NCBI GenBank assembly: GCA_963721475.1
Contig: CAVRJI010000002.1
Coordinates: 593,451 to 657,450 of the forward strand
Reading direction: 5' to 3'
Length of the DNA stretch: 64,000 nt
DNA from: an uncultured bacterium
GTDB taxonomy: Bacteria > Patescibacteriota > Saccharimonadia > Saccharimonadales > UBA4665
Positions 55,939-63,530 of the stretch are shown one piece after another. The position numbers and the translations under genes are program-made. Numbering within the stretch: the first letter of the stretch is position 1; each line of letters begins with the position of its first letter. Below the pieces are notes generated by a model. It was not told where the DNA came from. It worked only from the letters and a program-made list of their open reading frames with translations, and searched no databases.

Positions 55939-57171
55939 ATGAAATATTATAAAAATACTGAGCTCGCTACTATATATCACGTTTCTGAAAAGTCCGTCCG
56001 CAACTGGATCGAGGCTACGCAAAAAGGGAAACTCGACCTAGAGCTTCACGAAATCAACGACCGCCACTACATAGCAAACACCACAAAAAATCTCGACATC
56101 ATTAAAGGTATGGTTGAAGAACGCAAAAAATTCACCAATACTCGTGCGCATAAGGTGGTGAGCCCCAAGCCAGAGTTCTATAAGCTGTACAACGAAAAAC
56201 AGATAATCGATATCATAACGAACATTGATACCCATCGCGAAATACCTCTGCAGTATAGCTACTTTAACGGTGGTGCGACTTATTGGCAGAGCTATATTGA
56301 AAAGCTGTTACATGAGAATACTCCTAACCTTCTCACAAGTACGATTGGCCTTTTGCAAGTTAACCAAAGCTACATCGATACGATCACGCACGGCAAAAAA
56401 GTTAATATTTGCGACTTGGGCGTCGGTGAAGGAACCCCAGCCAAAGGCTTGCTCTCGCATTTACTAGAAGAAGATCGGCTAAACCGCTATATGGGCATGG
56501 ACTTCAGCAGAGATATGCTCAAGATCGCCGAAGGTAACGTGCGTAAGTGGTTTGGTGATGATTTCAACTTTGAGGCATACACAATGGACCTTAACTATGA
56601 CCGCTTTGCTGACGCACTGCGAAAAGATATGTTCCATGGTGAGGAAGCTGACCATCCCTTGAATCTCATTCTTTTATTGGGCGGCACCCTAACTAACAAT
56701 AAGGACCCTGACCTAGCTCTGAGAATGATTAATGCAAGTATGGGTAAGGATGACTATCTGATATATACTAAACGGCTAGACACCGAGTCATCAAGGCGCT
56801 ACTTCGACTTCAATATTGCCAGTGATGGCCAGCTTTTGACTCCACGCCACATGCTCGTCCCTGACCTTCTTAACATAGATCCCTCATTATATGAAGTTGA
56901 GCAGTTCTTTAACGAGGAGAAAAAAGCAAGAACTATTCAGCTGAGACTAAAGGTTGATCTAACAATAGATATTACCACTGATAATCTATGCAAAAAGATC
57001 AATCTTAGGAAAGGTGATGTCGTCCTGCTCTGGCGCTCATGGCATCAAAGTGCGATGGATGTCATTAATCAGTTCGAACGAAATGGGTTCGACCTTTTGC
57101 AGGCAAGTATTACGGAGAATAAAGAGTACTTGCTCACAATCTCAAAAGTTAAGATTGGCGCTAATATCTAG
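55939..57171 (+). CDS. HTH domain fused to EgtD-like (Methyltransf_33-type) SAM-dependent methyltransferase, copy 1
   Basis: 410 aa. N-terminal HTH-like ELATIYHVSEKSVRNWI. Then a motif order as in EgtD-type enzymes: ICDLGVGEGTPAKGLL, RYMGMDFSRDML, ILLLGGTLTNN, YTKRLDT, RRYFDF, KGDVVLLWRSWHQS, NGFDLL, EYLLTISKV. Confidence 0.7.
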   Translation: MKYYKNTELATIYHVSEKSVRNWIEATQKGKLDLELHEINDRHYIANTTKNLDIIKGMVEERKKFTNTRAHKVVSPKPEFYKLYNEKQIIDIITNIDTHREIPLQYSYFNGGATYWQSYIEKLLHENTPNLLTSTIGLLQVNQSYIDTITHGKKVNICDLGVGEGTPAKGLLSHLLEEDRLNRYMGMDFSRDMLKIAEGNVRKWFGDDFNFEAYTMDLNYDRFADALRKDMFHGEEADHPLNLILLLGGTLTNNKDPDLALRMINASMGKDDYLIYTKRLDTESSRRYFDFNIASDGQLLTPRHMLVPDLLNIDPSLYEVEQFFNEEKKARTIQLRLKVDLTIDITTDNLCKKINLRKGDVVLLWRSWHQSAMDVINQFERNGFDLLQASITENKEYLLTISKVKIGANI

Positions 57172-57464
57172 CTTATTTCGCATTTGCGAATAACTACTCG
57201 ACAAGGGTTATCCTGAAAATTCTGGAGATGATAGGTAAGCTTGTATTCACCAGTATCTTCAGTCCGTACGAGAGTTGCATTAACGATCGCATTTTTAGGA
57301 AAAACTTCTAAATGAAAGTTTGGTTGCGGGAAGTCATCCTCATAAATTCCCAAGACAACACTTGTCATTTCTCCAGAGTCTATGTCAACCCTATCGACGA
57401 TTACAGAATCGGAACCATCCGATAAAAGCGGATCATTCGCAATAGTTCTTGTATATGTGTCCAT
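57168..57464 (-). CDS. small acidic protein, partner 2 of the duplicated module
   Basis: 98 aa with GGGGAGA upstream. Paralog of 55417-55707. Its stop overlaps the stop of the convergent 55939-57171 gene within CTAG. Confidence 0.6.
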   Translation of the reverse strand: MDTYTRTIANDPLLSDGSDSVIVDRVDIDSGEMTSVVLGIYEDDFPQPNFHLEVFPKNAIVNATLVRTEDTGEYKLTYHLQNFQDNPCRVVIRKCEIS

Positions 57465-57545
57465 GCCTCGATCTCCCCAGATTGAAGTTAAAGAATAAAA
57501 GTGGTATCTTTTAGTAACTGCCTTTCAGGTAGCATCATACCAGAA

Positions 57546-57560
57546 ATTGCTAATAGCAAT
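57546..57560. promoter_or_regulatory. palindrome ATTGCTA-A-TAGCAAT in divergent promoter region 2
   Basis: 7-bp perfect arms, immediately upstream of and overlapping the conserved motif copy 2. Confidence 0.4.
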
Positions 57561-57584
57561 GATACAGAAAAAAATCGGAACATG
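57559..57584 (+). promoter_or_regulatory. conserved upstream motif ATGATACA-N8-TCGGAACATG (copy 2)
   Basis: Identical 8-mer and 10-mer with identical spacing to copy 1. Ends 16 nt before the ATG at 57601. Confidence 0.55.
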
Positions 57585-57600
57585 TCAATAACTTTTAGCT

Positions 57601-58839
57601 ATGAAATATTTTAAGAATTCAGAACTAGCTCGACAATATAACATCTCGGAAAAGACAGTACGCAATTGGATACTTGGGGCTGATGCTGGGAAAAACGAGC
57701 TGGAGATTTTTGTCGATGATCGTAGTAGAGCCTACATTGCCGATACGGTGAGGAATGAGCTAATCATCGAGAAGATGACTATTCTGGGGAAGAAGTACCG
57801 AAATAGTAAGACGCACAAAGTGCTCCATGTCTCAGATGAGCTTTATAAATACTATACCCATGGGCAGATACAAGACATTGTTATGCATCTTGATAAAAGT
57901 GCTGAGTTTCCCTTCCAATATTCACACATGGGGCCACGCGGTGTAGAGATTAACGACGGATATTACAGGCGGCTAACACAAGACAATAAACCAAACTCAC
58001 AGGCTTTTACGGTTCAGGCAATAAATGAAAACATATCCTTGATTAAATCCTATATGCAAACTTCCCAAAGCATCAATATTGTCGAAATTGGTGGTCGCAC
58101 AGGCCTCATTGCAAAATCATTGATATCTATCTTTTTGGTTGATGATTACCTTGCTAGGTATGTTGACGTGGATGTGAGTAGTGACATGGTAAGGTGTGCA
58201 CAGACGACGGTGCGAGATCACTACGGTGACGGCATGCACTTCCAGGGATACGTTCGAGATATTCACAAGCAGCAGATTGACGATATCTTATTCGATGCGC
58301 GAATAGATAACAATCTTGCTGACAATTTAGTTATCTTTGCAGGGAGTACTTTATTCAACCTTGCTTCCCCGAAGCAAGCCTTAAACAACATCTCAAATAG
58401 TCTCGCTTCACGAGATCTCTTTATACTTACGATGAAGCTGGACTCTTCGCTAGCACGAAGATACTTTGATTTTGGTCCGAAGTTCGAGAACAAACTCCTC
58501 TCACCCGGAGAGAAATACATGCTAGATTTGTTGAATATCGATGAAGACTGCTGCGAGATCGAGCAGATTTATGATGAAGAATTACGAATAAGAAAAGCAC
58601 AAGCTCGGTTGAAATACGACATAACTCTCGTCTTCAACATCAAAGGCAAAGAAAAACGAATCGATTTTTCCAAAGGCGAGGCCATATTGCTTTGGCGATA
58701 TTGGCACAAAAATCTCGAAGAAATCGAGGATATGATGCGCGAAGCGGGCTTTACGGTGATGCAGGCCACCAAATCACCCGATGAGCAGTTTGGCATGATT
58801 ATTGCACGAGTGAAATCACAGCGCCCGCGCCTCACCTAG
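57601..58839 (+). CDS. HTH domain fused to EgtD-like (Methyltransf_33-type) methyltransferase, copy 2
   Basis: 412 aa, collinear with copy 1 at roughly 30% identity by eye. Motifs: ELARQYNISEKTVRNWI, IVEIGGRTGLIAKSL, RYVDVDVSSDMV, VIFAGSTLFNL, TMKLDS, RRYFDF, KGEAILLWRYWHKN, AGFTVM, QFGMIIARV. Confidence 0.7.
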   Translation: MKYFKNSELARQYNISEKTVRNWILGADAGKNELEIFVDDRSRAYIADTVRNELIIEKMTILGKKYRNSKTHKVLHVSDELYKYYTHGQIQDIVMHLDKSAEFPFQYSHMGPRGVEINDGYYRRLTQDNKPNSQAFTVQAINENISLIKSYMQTSQSINIVEIGGRTGLIAKSLISIFLVDDYLARYVDVDVSSDMVRCAQTTVRDHYGDGMHFQGYVRDIHKQQIDDILFDARIDNNLADNLVIFAGSTLFNLASPKQALNNISNSLASRDLFILTMKLDSSLARRYFDFGPKFENKLLSPGEKYMLDLLNIDEDCCEIEQIYDEELRIRKAQARLKYDITLVFNIKGKEKRIDFSKGEAILLWRYWHKNLEEIEDMMREAGFTVMQATKSPDEQFGMIIARVKSQRPRLT

Positions 58840-58884
58840 CCAGTCGCTGTGATTTCTGGTCTACCTCTGTTATAATAGGGTTTA

Positions 58885-60669
58885 ATGAATCAGTCTCAAA
58901 TTAGAAACTTTTGTATTATTGCGCATATTGATCACGGTAAGAGCACTTTGGCCGATCGCTTACTGGAGATTACGGGCACCGTCGAAAAGCGTCAAATGAA
59001 AGAGCAGTTGCTCGATCGTATGGACCTTGAGCGCGAACGCGGCATTACCATTAAGCTCCAACCGGTACGCATGGATTACAGGGGTCACCAGCTCAATTTG
59101 ATTGATACTCCTGGCCACGTAGACTTTAGCTATGAGGTCTCCCGTAGCCTCGAAGCATGTGAGGGTGCTATTTTGGTGGTGGACGCCACACAGGGCATGC
59201 AGGCCCAGACTTTGGCCAATGTATATCTTGCGATAGCTGCTGATCTCACCATTATTCCCGTTCTCAACAAGATTGATTTGCCAGCTGCTGATGTTGAGCG
59301 CGTTAGTAAGGAAATTATAAGTCTGCTTGGCTGCAAGCCAGAGGATATTTTGCACATCTCTGCCAAAACAGGGCAGGGTGTTGATGCTGTTCTGGAACGA
59401 ATTGTCCAGGATGTGCCCGCCCCAAGCGGTACGCATCAGGCTCCAACCCGCGCCTTGATTTTTGATAGCTACTACGACGATTATCGTGGTGTTATTTTGT
59501 ACGTCCGCGTTGTTGATGGTGAGATAAAAAAAGGTGCGTCAATCAAGATGATGGCGACCCAGGCACCTGGTATTGCTTTGGAAGTCGGGGCACTCAAGCC
59601 CGATATGACGGCAAATGCCGCATTGGCAACCGGCGAAATTGGCTACATCGTGACCAACCTCAAGAGCACCCGCGAAGCGCGTGTTGGTGATACAGTGACA
59701 TTGACCTCTCTCATCGAAACAGGCATTGCTGCTTTGCCTGGCTACAAGGATGTAAAGCCGTTTGTATATGCTGGCTTTTTCCCTGACAGTAATGAAAATT
59801 ACCAGTTGCTTAAGGATGCTGTCGAAAAACTCAGCTTGAGTGATTCAGCATTACAATTCGAACCCGAGAACTCTCCGGTACTAGGTTTTGGTGTGCGTAT
59901 TGGCTTCCTCGGCTTACTCCACATGGATATCGTCCGTGAGCGTTTGGTGCGCGAGTACAATCTTGACCTTGTTGTTACCAATCCGTCGACAGATTATCAG
60001 ATTACTCTTATGAATGGGCAAGAAGTGGACATAAAGAGCGCAGCCGATCTGCCAGATCCGGCAAAGATCGAAGCGATTCGTGAGCCTTGGATCAAGGGTG
60101 AGATCGTGGTCCCTCAGGATTATGTTGGTGCAGTGATTCAGCTTATCGTGAGTAAGCGTGGCTTGCAGAAGAATCTGAGCTATATTGACGAGCGCACGCT
60201 CGTCAGTTTTGAGGCCCCTCTGGCTAACTTGTTAACTGATTTTTATGACCAGCTCAAGAGTTTAACATCGGGCTACGGCTCGTTTAACTACGAGCTAGAT
60301 GACTATCGTGTCGAGGACCTGGTACGGCTTGATTTTTATGTAGCAGGCGAACGCGTCGATGCTTTGGCTATTATGGTCCATCGTTCCGAAGCGCCCTATC
60401 TTGGCCGCGAAATCGTGCAAAAACTGAAAGAAGTGATTCCTCGTCAACAATTCCCAGTAGCGTTGCAGGCGGCAATTGGCGGTCGTTTTATCGCGCGTGA
60501 AGACATCAGCGCTTACCGCAAGGATGTGACGACGGGCCTGTACGGTGGAGACGTTTCTCGCAAGAAAAAAGTTCTTGCCAAGCAGAAAAAGGGTAAGGCT
60601 CGTATGAAGCGTTTTGGCAAGATTGATATTCCAGCCGAAGCATTTACAGTCATGCTCAAGCGTGATTAG
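58885..60669 (+). CDS. lepA: elongation factor 4 (LepA)
   Basis: 594 aa with the GTPase G1 motif IIAHIDHGKSTLADR, DTPGHVDF and NKID, plus a LepA-specific C-terminal domain. TGtTATAAT lies 8 nt upstream of the ATG. Confidence 0.95.
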   Translation: MNQSQIRNFCIIAHIDHGKSTLADRLLEITGTVEKRQMKEQLLDRMDLERERGITIKLQPVRMDYRGHQLNLIDTPGHVDFSYEVSRSLEACEGAILVVDATQGMQAQTLANVYLAIAADLTIIPVLNKIDLPAADVERVSKEIISLLGCKPEDILHISAKTGQGVDAVLERIVQDVPAPSGTHQAPTRALIFDSYYDDYRGVILYVRVVDGEIKKGASIKMMATQAPGIALEVGALKPDMTANAALATGEIGYIVTNLKSTREARVGDTVTLTSLIETGIAALPGYKDVKPFVYAGFFPDSNENYQLLKDAVEKLSLSDSALQFEPENSPVLGFGVRIGFLGLLHMDIVRERLVREYNLDLVVTNPSTDYQITLMNGQEVDIKSAADLPDPAKIEAIREPWIKGEIVVPQDYVGAVIQLIVSKRGLQKNLSYIDERTLVSFEAPLANLLTDFYDQLKSLTSGYGSFNYELDDYRVEDLVRLDFYVAGERVDALAIMVHRSEAPYLGREIVQKLKEVIPRQQFPVALQAAIGGRFIAREDISAYRKDVTTGLYGGDVSRKKKVLAKQKKGKARMKRFGKIDIPAEAFTVMLKRD

Positions 60670-60764
60670 GGCCAGCTAGGCTACAAAAAATAAAAAAACA
60701 CAACATTCACCCCTGTTGTTAAAGACTTGCAAAAAAGAATGTACCCCGCCTATTATTTGCAACG

Positions 60765-61271
60765 TCACAGTTCGATTGCCGCATCTCTTTCGACTGTGAC
60801 GCCCACTTTCCTAGTCTTTAGCTTGTAGGGCCTCAGGTCTTTAATGAGCTCGACAGCGTGTTTCTTTGGGTCGACACCTTCGTATGTTTTGACTATGCTT
60901 CCCTCCGGATTGATGATGTACGTGTTGCGGTGTGTTCCCATATATTCACGTCCCATAAACTTGCGTGGTCCCCAAGCTCCATATGCTTCAATCGTGCCGT
61001 GCTCAGGGTCACTTAAAAGGGCGAACGTAAGGTTATGCTTGTCGGCGAATTTTCGATGGCTGGCAACGGAGTCTTTGCTAATACCGATAACTTCCGCATT
61101 GCCAAGCTCTGCAATAGCTTCCCGCTCATCCCGAAAGTTGCAGGCCTCTGTTGTACAGCCGGGCGTATTGTCTTTTGGATAAAAGTATAGGACAACCCAT
61201 TTGCCGGCATAATCGGCGAGGGTATGGGTTGTACCGTCTTGGTCTTGCAAGCTAAAGCTAGGTGCTTTCAT
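60765..61271 (-). CDS. bcp: thioredoxin-dependent peroxiredoxin (Bcp)
   Basis: Active site YPKDNTPGCTTEAC. Start chosen at MKAPSF, 4 nt after GAGGAG. The track start at 61283 is the alternative. Confidence 0.9.
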   Translation of the reverse strand: MKAPSFSLQDQDGTTHTLADYAGKWVVLYFYPKDNTPGCTTEACNFRDEREAIAELGNAEVIGISKDSVASHRKFADKHNLTFALLSDPEHGTIEAYGAWGPRKFMGREYMGTHRNTYIINPEGSIVKTYEGVDPKKHAVELIKDLRPYKLKTRKVGVTVERDAAIEL

Positions 61272-61358
61272 AAATCTCCTCATTACTAACCGTGTAAATA
61301 CCTTAATAGTTTAACGCATATAAGTGTACATTTAGGCACATTACGCTATAGTACAGCT

Positions 61359-62081
61359 ATGGAATTAGAAGAACGACTTATCTCGAAGGTCGCCAGTTAC
61401 CGGCCTTCCGCACAAAGACTAGCCGCCCTTCAGGATACGCCCTTGCTGTTTATGGTGGGTGTATCTGGAGCAGGTAAAAATGTGCTCTCACACCAGCTCT
61501 TGCGAAAGCATCCGGAAATGTACCACCGCTTTATAACCCATACAACGCGCAAGCTGCGTATGAATCATGGTGTTATGGAACAGCATGGTGTGGAATACTA
61601 CTTCATCTCTCATGACGAAGCGGAACAGATGCTCGACAGCCAGGACTACCTGGAGACAAACCTCTACAGCGGTAATATTTACGGAACAAGTATTTCCGAA
61701 ATACAGCGAGCTCATGACGAAGGCAAGATTCTTGTGGGGGATATCGACGTAAACGGTGTGGCCCACTTTATGCACGTTATGCCAAATAGCCGCCCGGTGT
61801 TTATCCTGCCGCCAGATTATCAGACCTGGCAGCGTAGGCTCATGACTCGTTACGAAGAAGGGGTAAATAAAACAGATTGGCATAATCGCATGCTCACGGC
61901 TCGCCGCGAGATCGAACATGCCTTGGTGACAGATTATTATTACCTGATTGTTAACGACGATCTCGATGACGCGACTGAGGCAATTCATGCCATCGCAACT
62001 GGAAAGGTCAATGACCACCGGCCAGCCAAAGCTGTGCACGCAGCCAACGAAATACTCTGCGAATTAAATAAAGTCTTATAG
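61359..62081 (+). CDS. guanylate-kinase-like P-loop kinase
   Basis: 240 aa with the P-loop GVSGAGKNVL and GK-like blocks (TTR...EYYFIS, NIYGTS). Longer than and divergent from canonical Gmk. Confidence 0.65.
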   Translation: MELEERLISKVASYRPSAQRLAALQDTPLLFMVGVSGAGKNVLSHQLLRKHPEMYHRFITHTTRKLRMNHGVMEQHGVEYYFISHDEAEQMLDSQDYLETNLYSGNIYGTSISEIQRAHDEGKILVGDIDVNGVAHFMHVMPNSRPVFILPPDYQTWQRRLMTRYEEGVNKTDWHNRMLTARREIEHALVTDYYYLIVNDDLDDATEAIHAIATGKVNDHRPAKAVHAANEILCELNKVL

Positions 62082-62111
62082 CTCCATCTATAGTGGAGAT
62101 TATCAGGCTGC

Positions 62112-62138
62112 TTGGCACTCTTGACGATCGAGTGCCAA
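62112..62138 (+). promoter_or_regulatory. CIRCE-like HrcA operator (TTGGCACTC-N9-GAGTGCCAA)
   Basis: Perfect 9-bp inverted repeat with a 9-nt spacer, 8 nt upstream of hrcA. One substitution per arm from the consensus TTAGCACTC-N9-GAGTGCTAA. Confidence 0.85.
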
Positions 62139-62145
62139 GCAGATT

Positions 62146-62874
62146 ATGATAAGGTCAATGACCGATCGCCAAAAACAGATTTTATGCTCTATTGTCGAGC
62201 AATACGCAGAAGTTGCGAGCCCCGTGGGTTCGAGCTTGTTGGCGCGTGTTTTTGGCGTCAGTTCGGCAACTATTCGTGCTGAAATGGCTGAATTGGAACG
62301 CCTTCACTATATTACGCAGCCGCATACGAGTGCTGGCCGTGTGCCGACTGATAGAGGTTATCGATTTTACGTGAATAGTCTGGCGGGTGAAGAACTGCCA
62401 TTAGGAGAAACGGTTTCTGAGCGCCGGGCGGAGCGCGCCTTGGCGGCTCGAGTGCAGGTAGGCGGTGTGCCAGAGCGCACGATTCGCAGTGCTGTCGATA
62501 CGCTTGTGGAATTAACCCACAATCTTGGGATCGCCACCATAGGCAACCAACTCTATATGAGCGGATTATCTAATTTGTTTGGCCAGCCAGAATTCATTCA
62601 TGGCGGCCAGGTAAAGCAAGTTGCTCAGTTGCTCGATAATCTTGAGCCTTGGCTCCAAGAGGCGGCGCCTAACCAGCCGCTTAGCGTATATATTGGCCAG
62701 GAAAATCCCATAGGCCGTAGCGCGGGCTGCTCGCTTATTATTAGTCGATTCCGTAGCCCTTATTCCGACAAAAGCTACATTGGCGTTCTTGGACCAACCA
62801 GACAGAGCTACCGTGATGTTATGCAGCTCGTGCGCCATACCGGACAAGTATTAGAGGAGGTACTTTATGACTAG
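62146..62874 (+). CDS. hrcA: heat-inducible transcription repressor HrcA (short form)
   Basis: 242 aa with the N-terminal wHTH RQKQILCSIVEQYAEVASPVGS...SSATIRAEMAELE and the GRVPTDRGYRFYV block. Confidence 0.85.
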   Translation: MIRSMTDRQKQILCSIVEQYAEVASPVGSSLLARVFGVSSATIRAEMAELERLHYITQPHTSAGRVPTDRGYRFYVNSLAGEELPLGETVSERRAERALAARVQVGGVPERTIRSAVDTLVELTHNLGIATIGNQLYMSGLSNLFGQPEFIHGGQVKQVAQLLDNLEPWLQEAAPNQPLSVYIGQENPIGRSAGCSLIISRFRSPYSDKSYIGVLGPTRQSYRDVMQLVRHTGQVLEEVLYD

Positions 62875-63454
62875 AAACCAGCAACAAGACCAGCAAGACC
62901 CAACCAACCAGCCTGATGGGATGGACGACCGAGATCGTATGCCATTTGACGATGAGTATAGTGATGACCAAGGTCAACATGATGATATGGCGGGTGTGCT
63001 TGGTGATGACCAGGATGATGCGATGCTCCAAAAAATTGCTGAGCTTACGGAAGCTCTGCAGCGCGAACGTGCAGACACGATGAACATTCGCCGTCGCCAC
63101 GGGGAGCAGATTACAGGCCTCAAGACAGTCATTACGGCCGATGTCGTCAAAAAGCTGCTGCCCGTCGTGGACAGCTTTGAACGTGCGCTCAAGCATGTCC
63201 CTGAGGACCTCGTAGGCAATGACTACGTCAAGGGTGTCCAGGGTGTCGTCAAGCAGTTCGAGAAGGCTCTGAGCGACCTTGGGGTTACGCGTATTCCGAC
63301 TGTCGGCGAAGCCTTTGACCCCAAATGGCACGAGGCTATTTCCATGGAAGAGGGTGAGGGTGACAACGAAGTGGTCAGCGAAGAGCTCCAAGCTGGCTAT
63401 GCCATCGGCGACGAAGTCATTCGTCATGCTATGGTTCGCGTCACGACTCAATAG
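62867..63454 (+). CDS. grpE: nucleotide exchange factor GrpE
   Basis: 195 aa with an acidic N-terminus, a coiled coil and a C-terminal beta domain carrying GEAFDPKWHEAIS. Overlaps hrcA by 8 nt. Confidence 0.9.
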   Translation: MTRNQQQDQQDPTNQPDGMDDRDRMPFDDEYSDDQGQHDDMAGVLGDDQDDAMLQKIAELTEALQRERADTMNIRRRHGEQITGLKTVITADVVKKLLPVVDSFERALKHVPEDLVGNDYVKGVQGVVKQFEKALSDLGVTRIPTVGEAFDPKWHEAISMEEGEGDNEVVSEELQAGYAIGDEVIRHAMVRVTTQ

Positions 63455-63482
63455 CCGCGGCAACACCAAGTTAAGACATACT

Positions 63483-63511
63483 AAAAAACACCTCTGTCTG
63501 AGGTGTTTTTT
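63483..63511. terminator. bidirectional intrinsic terminator
   Basis: 12-bp stem aaaaaacacctc/gaggtgtttttt with a 5-nt loop. Confidence 0.85.
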
Positions 63512-63530
63512 AGAGGGGAACCGGGGCCGG

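Noticed and set aside
55393-58860. Calling the low-GC island a mobile element
   Set aside because: I found no recombinase, flanking direct repeats or tRNA attachment site at its borders. It is reported as a compositional island or accessory locus only.
61488-62039. 183-aa minus-strand ORF inside the guanylate-kinase-like gene. The same pattern applies to other long antisense frames: 485-958 (+), 8159-8656 (-), 27392-27868 (-), 43108-43566 (-), 47655-48227 (+), 58960-59436 (-)
   Set aside because: Each lies fully within a gene on the opposite strand that has strong family motifs. None has its own motif, RBS or promoter. They are treated as shadow ORFs.
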